A stretch of DNA of 64,000 nucleotides from IMG/VR virus record IMGVR_UViG_3300028571_002018. The stretch is one strand, 5' to 3'. A program made the position numbers and the translations under genes. The DNA is from an uncultured virus (IMG/VR IMGVR_UViG_3300028571_002018). Taxonomy: Duplodnaviria > Heunggongvirae > Uroviricota > Caudoviricetes. Every line of letters starts with the position of its first letter. Position 1 is the stretch's first letter. This document shows, piece by piece, positions 19,101 to 29,050 of the stretch. Below the pieces are notes generated by a model. That model was not told the DNA's origin. It saw only the letters and a list, made by a program, of their open reading frames with translations, and searched no databases.

Positions 19101-19543
19101 CCAAGGGTTGAAAGGTCATTGGCCAGCGTCCGGTACGTGATGCGGTAACGCGCCGGGAGCGCCACGGCCACCGCATCGGCGTCCTCGACTTCCCACTCGC
19201 TCTCCTGTTCCCGGATGCCCAGCGCCAACCCCCCAAAAGTGCCATCCGCGAACAGAGCGGCGTGCACGGCGGTGAGCAGGCGGTCGGCCTCGGTTTCGGG
19301 AGACGCGGGTGGAACCGCCCGAGCCAGAGCCACGACGCGAACAGTCAGTTCGCGTGTGACGCGGTCGTTGGCACGCTCGGTGATGGACTCCGACTCGGGA
19401 AACACCGCCAGCGCCGGACAAAGATCGCGGCTGATGGCCACCGTGGGCGACCGGTGCAAAGTGGCCCCGAGCCCTTCGACTGCGGGACGGGCAGCCGCCA
19501 TCACCGCCAACAGAATCCGCTCGCGGATGGAGTGATCTGCCAT
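19097..19543 (-). CDS. Tail terminator/completion protein
   Basis: SIRERILLA...YRITYRT pattern; position before the tail tube gene. Confidence 0.6.
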   Translation of the reverse strand: MADHSIRERILLAVMAAARPAVEGLGATLHRSPTVAISRDLCPALAVFPESESITERANDRVTRELTVRVVALARAVPPASPETEADRLLTAVHAALFADGTFGGLALGIREQESEWEVEDADAVAVALPARYRITYRTLANDLSTLG

Positions 19544-19547
19544 GGGT

Positions 19548-19850
19548 TTACAGCCGGGTGAGCTTGGCGCGGATCTCGGAGCCGTCACCCACGGCCCGGA
19601 TGTCTCGCACCTGGAAGGACGTGCCACCGATTTCGACGACTTCGCGGGCAACAAGTCCCCAGAACGCCGTGACCGGGTAGGTCATCTCGTAGTCGGTGCT
19701 CAAGGTCAGGCCGTCGAGAAGGGACTCATCCGGCGCGGCAAATCCCACCTGATGCCTTTGCGACGGTGCGCCATTCGACGGATACCAAAGGCACTCCTGC
19801 AGCAGCCCAACGTTCGCCGCCGACGCATAGATCTGCTCGACGAGGTTCAT
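19548..19850 (-). CDS. Head-tail joining protein
   Basis: About 100 aa, directly after the capsid gene. Confidence 0.6.
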   Translation of the reverse strand: MNLVEQIYASAANVGLLQECLWYPSNGAPSQRHQVGFAAPDESLLDGLTLSTDYEMTYPVTAFWGLVAREVVEIGGTSFQVRDIRAVGDGSEIRAKLTRL

Positions 19851-20860
19851 CACGCCACCGTCAGCTTGACCAGCAGCGCGGGGCGGTGGCAGAGCGGCAG
19901 CGGATTGGCCTGCGTGTGCAGATCAGTGCCCCGATCAAACTTGCGCGGCTCCTGCTTCGCATACAGCGGCAGTGCTACCGTGTTGGCCGTCTCGTTGAAG
20001 TCGGCGGGCGCGTAGTAGGTGGCGAACGTATCCATCGTGCCCAGCGGCAGGATGTGGCCCTCGTCGGGTTCGACGAATCGGCGCACAGCACTGCCCGGCG
20101 CGACAGCCCGGCCACGATGTTCCTCGAACGTGATCCCGGCGAAGGTGAAGCCAGCGCGCATATCGGTGCGAAGCGCCTGCCCATCCTGCCAGCGGTCGTA
20201 GGCGGCCTTGACCTCATCGTGCCCGGTGAGCGCGTCGAAGAAGTCCTCGCCGACGAAGGCGTGCAGGCCGCTCATCCGTTCGCCCTGCAGGTTGTCCTCG
20301 ACGTAGCGGACGACGTCCAGACAGGCCTTTTTCACGTCCCAGCCGTTGGCTGGGTCGGCGATGTTGAAGGTGAAGGTCTTGGGCGTGATCTCGAACTCGT
20401 TGTAGAGGTCATAGATCACGCTGCCATCGGCGTCCAGAATTTGGCCCTTGAGCGCGCCGAAGCGCAGATGCTCCAGCGTGATTGCGTGCTTGTTGCGCAT
20501 CGTCTGCAGGTGCTGCGCCATCACGCCCGCCACGGTCTGCAGCTCCGTCTCCGACCCGAAGGCGCGGATGCCCTGGACTTCCTCGGGCAGGATCACATCG
20601 TCGTGGGGAATGTGAGGGATGGTGAACGAGCGCACCTTGCGCTTGCCGCGCACGCCCACGGTGCCGGGCGAACCTGGGGGCATCGTCGGCAAAAGCGTAA
20701 GCACACCGTTCTGCTCCTCGACGATCACCGAGCGAAAACGCTGCGGCTTGTCGACGAACAGACCCATTACGCCCAGACGGTCGTAGTTGTTGGGCAGGAA
20801 GTTGATGGCGGCGGTGAGTGCCGACATCGAGAAGGCGGGGTTTTCGAAGATGTTCTGCAT
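19850..20860 (-). CDS. Major capsid protein (lambda E family)
   Basis: FSMSALTAAIN...PHIPHDDVI...TQANPLPLCHRP. Confidence 0.9.
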   Translation of the reverse strand: MQNIFENPAFSMSALTAAINFLPNNYDRLGVMGLFVDKPQRFRSVIVEEQNGVLTLLPTMPPGSPGTVGVRGKRKVRSFTIPHIPHDDVILPEEVQGIRAFGSETELQTVAGVMAQHLQTMRNKHAITLEHLRFGALKGQILDADGSVIYDLYNEFEITPKTFTFNIADPANGWDVKKACLDVVRYVEDNLQGERMSGLHAFVGEDFFDALTGHDEVKAAYDRWQDGQALRTDMRAGFTFAGITFEEHRGRAVAPGSAVRRFVEPDEGHILPLGTMDTFATYYAPADFNETANTVALPLYAKQEPRKFDRGTDLHTQANPLPLCHRPALLVKLTVA

Positions 20861-20862
20861 GG

Positions 20863-21243
20863 TCAGACTCCTTGGCGAACGAGGACGCCCAGCGCTTTAA
20901 GCTGGGCAACGGCCGCCTGCTGTTCGGCGGTGGTGATGCCGGTGGGCCACTGCAGCGCGTGGTCGGCGACGATGGCGTGACGCGCCACCATCAGGCCGTC
21001 ATCGCGATCCGCCAGATGGGCATCGCACTTCTGCATCAGCACACCTGCGGCGTACTGGCTGCCGTCGGTGGCCGAGGGGTCGATCTGCTTGACCTTGCCC
21101 GTGGCAGTGACCATCCCGGCGACCGCGCCCAGCGGCAGGGTCTGGCCTGCGACCACGGTGACGCGGTCGCGCGAGTAGAGGTTCGGGGCCTCGTACTTGA
21201 GCAGGTCGCCCAAGTTCATCGATTCAGAAAACACGGTGGGCAT
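20863..21243 (-). CDS. Head decoration protein (lambda D-like)
   Basis: LKYEAPNLYSRD...DGSQYAAGVL, between the protease and capsid genes. Confidence 0.8.
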   Translation of the reverse strand: MPTVFSESMNLGDLLKYEAPNLYSRDRVTVVAGQTLPLGAVAGMVTATGKVKQIDPSATDGSQYAAGVLMQKCDAHLADRDDGLMVARHAIVADHALQWPTGITTAEQQAAVAQLKALGVLVRQGV

Positions 21244-21244
21244 C

Positions 21245-22474
21245 TCAGATCTCCTTCTTCAGTGATGCGGACTTGGCCGCGAGCTGCTTCGCGGCATCGA
21301 GCAGCGGGTTGCTCGTGGATGCAGCAGCATCGGGAGCGATGCGGCTGACGATTTCGGGGGACGCTTCGGCCTTCGCCGCCAGCAACTGGCTGCGTACCTT
21401 GGCGGGTGATGCCTTCGCTTCGAGGAAGCCCGCGATCAAGTCGGTGCGCCCGGCCAGGGTGCAGGTCTGGGCGACCTCAATCGCGTCAGCCACGGTCATG
21501 GCGGTGGCGGCCGCCGGTTGAGAAGAACTGCCAGCAGGATCAGCAGCAAGCCGATCAGGAGCAGCGGGGTCGGTTCGATCATTCATTGATGACTCCATCT
21601 GGGGGTTGCTAAAAAGACCGGAGTGGCTTGCCGCCAACTTCGGGAGTGGGGAAACGGATTCGCAAAGCTGCGCAAGGGCGTCGTCGAAGGTGCCGATGGC
21701 GTCGGCCAGCCCGATGGCAACAGCGGCTTGCCCAAAGAACAGTCCGGCCTCGGTGTCACGCACGGCAGATGCCTCGATGCCCCGGTTGCGGGCCACCGTC
21801 TCGACGAACAGGCCGTAGACGCGATTCACCTCGCCCTTGAGAAAGGCGTGGGCTTCGCTGGAAATCGGCTCGTGCGGGTTGAGATCGTTCTTGCGGTCGC
21901 CCGCAAAGACCGCCGTGTAGCGAACGCCGTCTTGGGCATCCTTCTCGGACTGGTCGACGTGCATCGCAATGACGCCAATCGAGCCGACGCCGCCGGTGCG
22001 TGAGACGAACACCTTGCTGGCAGCAGACGCCAGTGCGTAGGCTGCTGAAAAGGCCATGTCGTTGGCCACGGCCCAGACCGGCTTCGTCTGGGCAGCCGCA
22101 CGGATGCGGTCGGCCAGATCGAACACGCCGCCCGACTCGCCACCCGGTGAGTCGACGTCAAGCAGGATGGCGGCGACATCCGGGCTGGCCAGCGCGGCGT
22201 CCAACTGCGCGCTGAGACCGGCGTAGCTGGTCAAGCCGGATTCGGCTTCCAGGCCCACGGTGCGTCGCACCAGCGTGCCGTGGATTGGGATGACCGCGAC
22301 CTTCGTCGTCTGGGTGGCTGCGGGACGCACGGGCGGCGTGAAGGCCGAGGGTGCAGCCAAGTCAGCCAAGCCGATCCGGGGGCCGAGCACGGCCAGGATC
22401 ACATCAAGTTTTGGGCGATGGATCGCCAGCGGCACACCGTAGAGGCGTGCCGCCAAATGGGGCAACAGGGTCAT
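21245..22474 (-). CDS. S49 family prohead protease/scaffold
   Basis: DVDSPGGE, AFSAAYALAS, GSIGV. Confidence 0.9.
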   Translation of the reverse strand: MTLLPHLAARLYGVPLAIHRPKLDVILAVLGPRIGLADLAAPSAFTPPVRPAATQTTKVAVIPIHGTLVRRTVGLEAESGLTSYAGLSAQLDAALASPDVAAILLDVDSPGGESGGVFDLADRIRAAAQTKPVWAVANDMAFSAAYALASAASKVFVSRTGGVGSIGVIAMHVDQSEKDAQDGVRYTAVFAGDRKNDLNPHEPISSEAHAFLKGEVNRVYGLFVETVARNRGIEASAVRDTEAGLFFGQAAVAIGLADAIGTFDDALAQLCESVSPLPKLAASHSGLFSNPQMESSMNDRTDPAAPDRLAADPAGSSSQPAAATAMTVADAIEVAQTCTLAGRTDLIAGFLEAKASPAKVRSQLLAAKAEASPEIVSRIAPDAAASTSNPLLDAAKQLAAKSASLKKEI

Positions 22475-22483
22475 GGGATTCCT

Positions 22484-23995
22484 TCAGGCAGACGATGTGT
22501 CGCTGTTTTGCGTGGTGTCTGCAGCGTTCTTGTTCGGCTCGGCGCTTCCGCCGTCCTTGGACGTGCGGCGCGGGTCGGAGTCGAAGATCAAGCCGAGGTC
22601 GTCGGCGCGCTGGTTGTCGGCGGCGATCTCGCGGTCAACGTCCTCAGCGTCGTAGCCAAAGGCAGCGATGGCTTCCGAGCGGCTCATCAGGCCCGCCCGG
22701 ATGGCCAGCAGCATTGCCTTGAACTCCTTCTCAGGATCGACCCACTGCCAGCCCTGGGGAATCCACTTCACCTGCAGGTACTGGCGGCGACGGGCTGGGC
22801 CGCCACGCGCGAAGCCGGGCGCTTCGATGGCACCGGCGAGCACGGCCTGCTTCATCCACGCGGCCCAAACCGGACGGCACATCTGATGCACAAGAACCCC
22901 GTGCTGCACCATCTCGCAGCGACGCCGGAACTCCAGCATCCCGGCGCGAATGGACGAGTAGTTCACGCCTGTGAGATCGCCAGTCAACTGCTCGTAGGTG
23001 ACGCCGATGGCAGCGGCAACCGCGCGGAACTGCGTGCGCAGAAACTCGCCATACGAGCCACCGACGTCGGCTGGGTCGGAGAACTTGATGTCCTCGCCGG
23101 GCTCCAATATCTGCAAGGTGCCCGGCTCCAGACCGGCCAGCGCGATGCCATCGCCATCAGCAGCACCTTCGCCCATCAGGTTGTCCTCTGGGTTCTGTCG
23201 CGTGACGAAGCCAGCGAACATCGCGGCGGTCTTCTTGCGCACCAGTTCGGCGTCGTCGTACTGGTCGAGTTCGTTGAGCTTGACCAGGGCCCGCGACAGC
23301 CACGGCTCGCCCCGGATCTGGCCGGGACGCAGGACGCGGAACAGGTGGATGATTTCCTTCGCATCGATGCGCACCGTGTCCATCCCGCCCTGGCCCGACA
23401 TCGGAGCCAGCCGACCGTCTTCGGGGTGCGAGCGGTACAGGTGGTAAGCGACGCGCCGCCCAAGGCTGTCGAATTCGATGCCAGAGCGCACCACGTTGCC
23501 CGAAGGCAGATCGAGGTTGAGGCTGATTGGCAGATGCTCGGGCTCCAGCAACTGCAGTTGCAAGGGCACCACCAAGCCATCTTCCGGACGACGCGGGCGC
23601 AGCCGGATCAGGCATTCACCGCCCTCGAGCATCGCGCGGCAGGCCAGCGCCTGCAGCCCATAGAAGTCGGTCTGACCTGCAGCGTCGGCTTCCTCCGTCC
23701 AGTCACGCCACAGCGCCTGCACGTCGGTCTTGAAGCGCTCGTCTGCTGCCAGACTCTGCGGCTTGATGCCAGTACCGACCGCGTTGGACACGAAGGCTTC
23801 GATACCGGCCTGCGCCCAGGCATTGCGGCGCACGAGGTCGCGGCTCTTGATGCGCAGTTCGGTGTTGGTCGCCAGCATCGCGGCGACCGCGCCTGGGTTG
23901 CCGGGCATCCAAGCCAGCGAGCGGCGGCCACGGCCAGCGGCCTCGTGGACGGGCGACTGGCCGAACAGGCTTCGGATCTTCGAAAACCAGGCCAT
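22484..23995 (-). CDS. Portal protein, lambda family
   Basis: RPGQIRGEPW, LTGDLTGVNYSSIR, WVDPEKE. Confidence 0.92.
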   Translation of the reverse strand: MAWFSKIRSLFGQSPVHEAAGRGRRSLAWMPGNPGAVAAMLATNTELRIKSRDLVRRNAWAQAGIEAFVSNAVGTGIKPQSLAADERFKTDVQALWRDWTEEADAAGQTDFYGLQALACRAMLEGGECLIRLRPRRPEDGLVVPLQLQLLEPEHLPISLNLDLPSGNVVRSGIEFDSLGRRVAYHLYRSHPEDGRLAPMSGQGGMDTVRIDAKEIIHLFRVLRPGQIRGEPWLSRALVKLNELDQYDDAELVRKKTAAMFAGFVTRQNPEDNLMGEGAADGDGIALAGLEPGTLQILEPGEDIKFSDPADVGGSYGEFLRTQFRAVAAAIGVTYEQLTGDLTGVNYSSIRAGMLEFRRRCEMVQHGVLVHQMCRPVWAAWMKQAVLAGAIEAPGFARGGPARRRQYLQVKWIPQGWQWVDPEKEFKAMLLAIRAGLMSRSEAIAAFGYDAEDVDREIAADNQRADDLGLIFDSDPRRTSKDGGSAEPNKNAADTTQNSDTSSA

Positions 23996-24216
23996 CAAAA
24001 CCCCTTCGAGGTCGTGACTCGAATCTGGCGCGGCGGGCCGGGCCAAAGACCAGTTGCTGTCGCTTGCTCGGAGATGCCACGTTTGACCTCACGAATGGCA
24101 GCCTTCAGTTCATCGACAGAGCGGTACTCGACCGTCTTGTCGCCGAAACTGACGCGGTGTTCGCCCTTGGCGAGCGCGGTCTCCAATGCCTGGAGTTGGG
24201 CTTCTGTGTAGGCCAT
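23995..24216 (-). CDS. gpW-like head-tail joining protein
   Basis: QLQALETALAKGEHRVSFGDKTVEYRS. Confidence 0.8.
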   Translation of the reverse strand: MAYTEAQLQALETALAKGEHRVSFGDKTVEYRSVDELKAAIREVKRGISEQATATGLWPGPPRQIRVTTSKGF

Positions 24217-24608
24217 CAGCGGTACACCACGAGGTTGATTTCGGAGGAATCGACTGCTGCACCGCCTGCGGTGGTGCAACTCACATCTACTGATTGAGGG
24301 GTTTTGGTGTCCGAGATTGACCGCACCGTTAGTAAGCGCTGCGTGCCACTGTTGGTGCTGCTTCGCGCCAGCGCTGTCCAGCAATAGTTCGCGTCCACCA
24401 TCGCGACAGCGAAATGGATGCGATATCGACCTGTCGCCGATCGAGAGACGCTGCCCACGTTGTACGCGGCGCGCAGCACGATCTGGTTGCCCACGTACCC
24501 GAAGCAGACCCATGCCCGAGCCACCCCTGGATGGCTGGCCTCGATCTTGGCTTTGACTTCCAGACCCACCCGATCGGCCAACGCGGCGATGCGGCTGGCG
24601 AGGCTCAT
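24216..24608 (-). CDS. Fibre-like virion protein in the head module
   Basis: ARAWVCF...YNVGSVSRSATGRYRIHF, a pattern typical of fibre C-termini. Confidence 0.5.
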   Translation of the reverse strand: MSLASRIAALADRVGLEVKAKIEASHPGVARAWVCFGYVGNQIVLRAAYNVGSVSRSATGRYRIHFAVAMVDANYCWTALARSSTNSGTQRLLTVRSISDTKTPQSVDVSCTTAGGAAVDSSEINLVVYR

Positions 24609-25099
24609 CAGACCAAAGCCCCTTCGAAAATGGTCACGAAGTCGGTTTCGGTGTTGCCGACATCGACGGCGGAGGCTGCGCCAATGTTGGAGCGCGCCTG
24701 CAGTTGCTCTGCTTCGGTCAGGGTTTGGGCCGCGTCATACCGCACACGGTTGTTGACCGCTGCCAGCAAGGCATCCAGGCCAGTGGTGCCGTTTTGCAGC
24801 AACTGCTGGATTTCGACCAAGGTGTCGTAGGCCGCATCGGCACCGCCCAAGATTTCAGTCTTGAGGGCATCGAGCAAGGCAACGATCTTGTTCGACGAGT
24901 AGGCGGTGGTGGCACTGACCTGTTCGTCGTTGATCACCGCAGCAGACAGCACCGCAGTCTGCAATTCGTTGATGGCGGCCACCAGACTCGACTTGTCGGT
25001 CGTGTTCAGGTTGGCGAGGTTTCCCGCTTTGGCGCGGACATCGTTGAACTCTTGGGCGACCCGGATGACCAGGCTCTCAATGCGTGTGGCAAGACTCAT
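24608..25099 (-). CDS. Fibre-like/coiled-coil virion protein in the head module
   Basis: GNLANLNTTDKSSLVAAINEL, AYDTLVEIQ and QARSNIGA fibre-type motifs. Confidence 0.5.
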   Translation of the reverse strand: MSLATRIESLVIRVAQEFNDVRAKAGNLANLNTTDKSSLVAAINELQTAVLSAAVINDEQVSATTAYSSNKIVALLDALKTEILGGADAAYDTLVEIQQLLQNGTTGLDALLAAVNNRVRYDAAQTLTEAEQLQARSNIGAASAVDVGNTETDFVTIFEGALV

Positions 25100-25120
25100 G
25101 ACAATCTCCTATGAAAAAAC

Positions 25121-27100
25121 TCAAGACAACCAGCGGCTCTTGATGACGCGCCGCCGGGGTGGGGTTGCAGAAACAGAAAGGCCACCGCTGGTTCTGTTTC
25201 CATTGGTGGCCTCGTCTGGGTCGAATGCTTGAATCGGGGGCAGCTCATCCGGCGGCCGTTCCATCCCGAGTTGCCGTTCCAGTTCGCGCCAGTGGCGCTC
25301 CTCGAAGCGATCCAGGCCCGCCGCCGATGCGGCCGCCCGGGCGTACACGTAGCAGTCGAGCGCTTCGTTGCGCTCGCGCATCTTTTGCCACTCCCGAATC
25401 GGGAAGCCATTGCGGTCGCGGCGGGTGATCAACTGCTCTGCGCAAAGCTGCTGGATGAATTCCGCGTCGATCTTGGGCAGGTGAACAAACCCAGCCGGGA
25501 ACACCGTGGTTACACCGTCCTCGCTGACGTCCGCGCCCTTGCGCAGGTTGTTGTAGAACTCCAGCTTGGCGATGCCCACTGCGACCGAATACACCTTGAT
25601 GCCCCGGCGCAGCTTCTTGCCGCCCTGCGAGATATCAACGGCAGTCGGCGTACCAATCAGCGCCGCACCGCGCGGCACGCCCTTCACAGGCATCACGCGC
25701 GGGTCGCGGCAGGCGCGCACGAAGGCGTAGGCCTCCTGCGTCGCAAAGCCGGTGTCCAGCGCAAAGCGGGCCAAGGGCATCGCCGCGCCTGAGTCGTGCG
25801 TCCAGTTCTCGGCGATCAATTCGGCCAGTCGCTTCCAGACGGCGTCGCGGGCGGTGTCACCCATCAGCACCCGGTGCTCCACCAACCAAGACTCCTTGCC
25901 GCGCCCGAAGGCCCAGATGGACGCCTCGATGCGATCCTTCTGCACGTCGGCAGCGCCCACCAGGAGCAGCCCACCCGGCGGCACTGTGCCGACGCGGTAA
26001 TCCTCACGGCGCTCGACCAGCCGTTGCCAATCGGGTGCTTCGCCTTCCTCGACCCAGGTCTCGCCCAGTTCGGTGTTCTTGAAGGTCTTGATGGCGGCCG
26101 CCGACCCCGATTCCTTGTTGACGGAGCTTTCCCACGCAGCGGCGATGTCGCGCCAACTGCGCCAGCCGACCGGGCTGTATAGCGAGGACAGGTGAAACCC
26201 CGCCGTCTTGCCCGTGCCGTCGCTGATCAGCGCGCGCCACTCGCCGTGCTCCAGCATCCATGTCTTGTGGTGCTCGGCAATCGGCTCATCGCAGGACTCG
26301 CAGATGTAGGCCGCCGAGTCCGGTTGCCCCTTTTCCCATCGCAACTGCTCGAAGCGCAGCCACTGGCGATGCGAGCAATGTGGGCACGGCACGAAGTAGC
26401 GGCGCTGATCACTGGCTTCGTACTCGCGCTCGATGGCGCTCGCCCCAGAGATCGTCGGCGTCGAGACGATGAAGATCTTGCGGCGGGCAAAGGTTCGCGT
26501 GCGCGCCTCAGCCAGCGAGATCGCATCGCCTTCGCCGTCGACGTCCAGCGGGTAGCCATCCACCTCGTCGAGGAACAGATACCGCACCGGCATCGACCGC
26601 AGGCCGACCGCGCTGTTGGCACCGGTCATCACCAGCACACCGCCCCGGAACTCCTTGGCCAGGATGGTGTTGCCTGAGTCTCGGGATCGTGCTGGCGAAA
26701 TCAATTCGCTCAGCGCGGCCGACTCCTCGATCAACGGATCGATCCGCTGCTTGGAGTTGCGCTTGGCCATATCCACCGTCGGCCACACCGCCATCATTGG
26801 CCCCGGCGCGTGGTGGATCACGTAGCCGATCCAGTTCGAGCCCATCTCGGTCGCACCGAGCTGGGCAGCCTTCATGAACACCACGCGCTCGACCGGCGAC
26901 GTCGGCGACAGGCAATCCATGATCGCCTTGAGGTACGGCGTGCGACTGGTACGCCAACGACCCGGCTCGGCGGACGCCTTGCTGGAAAGCATCCGGTGGC
27001 GATCCGACCATTCGGACACGGAGAGCAAGGGATCGGGAGTCAGCCCCTCACGCCACGCGCGCTCAACTTCGGCAGCGCCTTCGTATTCAACGTCTAGCAT
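25121..27100 (-). CDS. Terminase large subunit (GpA family)
   Basis: KAAQLGATE Walker A variant, LFLDEVDGYP, STPT, PCPHC, NEALDCYVYA. Confidence 0.93.
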   Translation of the reverse strand: MLDVEYEGAAEVERAWREGLTPDPLLSVSEWSDRHRMLSSKASAEPGRWRTSRTPYLKAIMDCLSPTSPVERVVFMKAAQLGATEMGSNWIGYVIHHAPGPMMAVWPTVDMAKRNSKQRIDPLIEESAALSELISPARSRDSGNTILAKEFRGGVLVMTGANSAVGLRSMPVRYLFLDEVDGYPLDVDGEGDAISLAEARTRTFARRKIFIVSTPTISGASAIEREYEASDQRRYFVPCPHCSHRQWLRFEQLRWEKGQPDSAAYICESCDEPIAEHHKTWMLEHGEWRALISDGTGKTAGFHLSSLYSPVGWRSWRDIAAAWESSVNKESGSAAAIKTFKNTELGETWVEEGEAPDWQRLVERREDYRVGTVPPGGLLLVGAADVQKDRIEASIWAFGRGKESWLVEHRVLMGDTARDAVWKRLAELIAENWTHDSGAAMPLARFALDTGFATQEAYAFVRACRDPRVMPVKGVPRGAALIGTPTAVDISQGGKKLRRGIKVYSVAVGIAKLEFYNNLRKGADVSEDGVTTVFPAGFVHLPKIDAEFIQQLCAEQLITRRDRNGFPIREWQKMRERNEALDCYVYARAAASAAGLDRFEERHWRELERQLGMERPPDELPPIQAFDPDEATNGNRTSGGLSVSATPPRRRVIKSRWLS

Positions 27101-27627
27101 CAGTCCACCCTGGGCCGCAGTTCGCCCAGCTCCTGCAGATGCTCGCGCACCGCCGCCTCCAGGGCGACGTGCATCGTGTGCGGATCGACATTGAGCTTGG
27201 CCGCCATCTGCGCCGAGATGCGAGCGGGCCAGTTCAGCCACGCATCGCGCTCGGAGCGCGCCAGCTTGAAAACGTGGGCGATGGCATGCGGCCGATCCAC
27301 CAACTCGCCCTTCAGTCGGGCCAGACGCACCTTGTTCGTCTGCGCCTTGACCACCTCGTTGACCGTGCGCGCCTGAAGCAAGGACGCGCCGCCAGCAGGT
27401 AAGGCCGCAGGCCCATCGCTACTGCCCTCCGGCACGGCGACCTTGGCGGCCTTTGCTCGCGTTCCGGCCTTCGGCACATCGGAGTTGCGAGCCCACTCAC
27501 GGTCAGCACGGTCGGCATCAATGGTGCCGTCAGCTTCCGGCGTGATCCGACCTGCACGAATGGCCTTGTGAACAGCGGTGTCGGTCACACCACGGTGACG
27601 GGCGTAAGCGCGAATCGAAATGCCCAT
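27100..27627 (-). CDS. Terminase small subunit (Nu1-like)
   Basis: N-terminal HTH (SIRAYARHRGVTDTAVHKAI), ARLKGELVD; overlaps the terL start. Confidence 0.75.
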   Translation of the reverse strand: MGISIRAYARHRGVTDTAVHKAIRAGRITPEADGTIDADRADREWARNSDVPKAGTRAKAAKVAVPEGSSDGPAALPAGGASLLQARTVNEVVKAQTNKVRLARLKGELVDRPHAIAHVFKLARSERDAWLNWPARISAQMAAKLNVDPHTMHVALEAAVREHLQELGELRPRVD

Positions 27628-27680
27628 TTTGAGAACCGGTTGCCCCTTCAATCATTTGTTCGTCATTCACTCGAAATCAG

Positions 27681-27710
27681 CTTGGCTTCTCTCTGGAACA
27701 GCGCGTTCAT
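27681..27710 (+). promoter_or_regulatory. Conserved 30-bp upstream motif, copy 1
   Basis: CTTGGCTTC-TCTCTG-GAACAGCGCGTTCAT; recurs at 27973, 28985 and 44853. Confidence 0.7.
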
Positions 27711-27744
27711 ACGGACGTCATCAACACCATCAAAGGACGCAGCA

Positions 27745-27942
27745 ATGAGCAAGCTTGAACAACTCCTGACCCAGATCGCACAAAGCAAGCTGGGCATCGA
27801 GACCCTGGAAACCCGCAAGTCGGACAGCCTCGACTTCCACGACGTGGCGGTCTGGTGCCTGCGCGACGCCCTGGAAGCCGCGTTTAACGCTGGCGTCGAA
27901 CAGGGCCGTAAGGCGGCGAAGTCGGACAAGGCCAACATCTGA
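27745..27942 (+). CDS. DUF6900-like small protein
   Basis: IETLETRKSDSLDFHDVAVW...ALEAAF; AAGGA SD. Confidence 0.75.
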   Translation: MSKLEQLLTQIAQSKLGIETLETRKSDSLDFHDVAVWCLRDALEAAFNAGVEQGRKAAKSDKANI

Positions 27943-27972
27943 TCAAGAACCGTCGCAGCCAAGCAGAAAGCG

Positions 27973-28002
27973 CTTGGCTTCACTCCCGAACAGCGCGTTC
28001 AT
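27973..28002 (+). promoter_or_regulatory. Conserved 30-bp upstream motif, copy 2
   Basis: CTTGGCTTC-ACTCCC-GAACAGCGCGTTCAT. Confidence 0.7.
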
Positions 28003-28038
28003 CACGTCACCACATCAACCCCTCCGAAGGAGAAGCAA

Positions 28039-28563
28039 ATGACCACTACCCAACTGACCCCGGCCCAGCACGCGATCCTGGCTTACGCCCTCGAACACAC
28101 CGACGGCAAGATCGACTGGTTCCCTGACAACATCAAAGGTGGCGCACGCAAGAAGGTGCTCGACGGCCTGTTCAACCGCGCGCTGATCACCTCCGACGGC
28201 ACCCACTGGTTCGTTGCCGCCGAGGGCTACGACGCGATGGGGCGCGCCCGGCCAACGCCTGCGCCAGTGGCCGCAGACCCTGAACTCGACGCAGCCGTGA
28301 CGGCAGCAGAGGCCGCGTGGGCGCAAGAAAAGGCGGCCGCCAAACCTCGCACCCGCGAGAACAGCAAGCAGGCCACGGTGATCCAGATGCTGCAGCGCCC
28401 CGAAGGGGCAACGGTGCAGCAGATCTGCGAGACCACCGGCTGGCAGGCGCACACGGTACGCGGCACCTTTGCCGGTGCCTTCAAGAAGAAGCTCGGGCTG
28501 ACCATCGTCTCGGACAAGGCCCAGGGCAGCGAGCGGGTCTACCGGATCGCCGCAGAAGCCTGA
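28039..28563 (+). CDS. DUF3489 winged-helix protein
   Basis: SKQATVIQMLQRPEGAT...TGWQAHTVRG...KKLGL...RVYRI. Confidence 0.8.
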   Translation: MTTTQLTPAQHAILAYALEHTDGKIDWFPDNIKGGARKKVLDGLFNRALITSDGTHWFVAAEGYDAMGRARPTPAPVAADPELDAAVTAAEAAWAQEKAAAKPRTRENSKQATVIQMLQRPEGATVQQICETTGWQAHTVRGTFAGAFKKKLGLTIVSDKAQGSERVYRIAAEA

Positions 28564-28592
28564 TCGCAACGCCAACACCCAGGAGAACATCC

Positions 28593-28952
28593 ATGAGCAC
28601 CATGACCATCACCATCGAACGCACCCCGCGCACCCTGCAGTTTGGCGACACCACCTTCCAGGTCGAGGAGTTGAGCGTCCGATTGCCGTTTGCCCGCAAG
28701 CCTGCCGACTTGGACGAAGTTGGCGGCCAGGGTCAGACCAAGGTCTATGTCACCGAGACCAAGGAACTGACCGTCGGCGAGTTCGATGCCTTTGCCCGCA
28801 GCCTGTTGGTATCGCGCGACTGGCTGCGCGGCAAAGGTGGCGGCACCGGCGACGGCTATCTTTGCGTCGAGGTCACCGCACCGGGTCGCCCCTACCTTTA
28901 CGTGAATCCAGAGGGCGGCGACTACGCCCGGTACGTGGCCCGTCTCGGGTAA
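28593..28952 (+). CDS. Hypothetical phage protein
   Basis: AGGAG SD; RLPFARKP...YVNPEGGDYARYV. Confidence 0.7.
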   Translation: MSTMTITIERTPRTLQFGDTTFQVEELSVRLPFARKPADLDEVGGQGQTKVYVTETKELTVGEFDAFARSLLVSRDWLRGKGGGTGDGYLCVEVTAPGRPYLYVNPEGGDYARYVARLG

Positions 28953-28984
28953 TCGAAATTGATTGAGAAAGAGGCCAAGAACAG

Positions 28985-29014
28985 CTTGGCTTCTCAATCG
29001 AACAGCGCGTTACT
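28985..29014 (+). promoter_or_regulatory. Conserved 30-bp upstream motif, copy 3
   Basis: CTTGGCTTC-TCAATC-GAACAGCGCGTTACT. Confidence 0.7.
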
Positions 29015-29050
29015 ACGGGTGTCGCAACGATCAACCTCAAGGAGCCAGAA

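Noticed and set aside
22280..24211. Long antisense ORFs in the prophage (for example 643 aa here, 554 aa at 34276, 463 aa at 35642)
   Set aside because: These are shadow frames of well-supported genes in high-GC DNA.
27681..29014. 30-bp repeats as a CRISPR array or integron attC sites
   Set aside because: The copies are separated by whole genes, lie upstream of starts, lack attC palindromy, and no tyrosine integrase is present.
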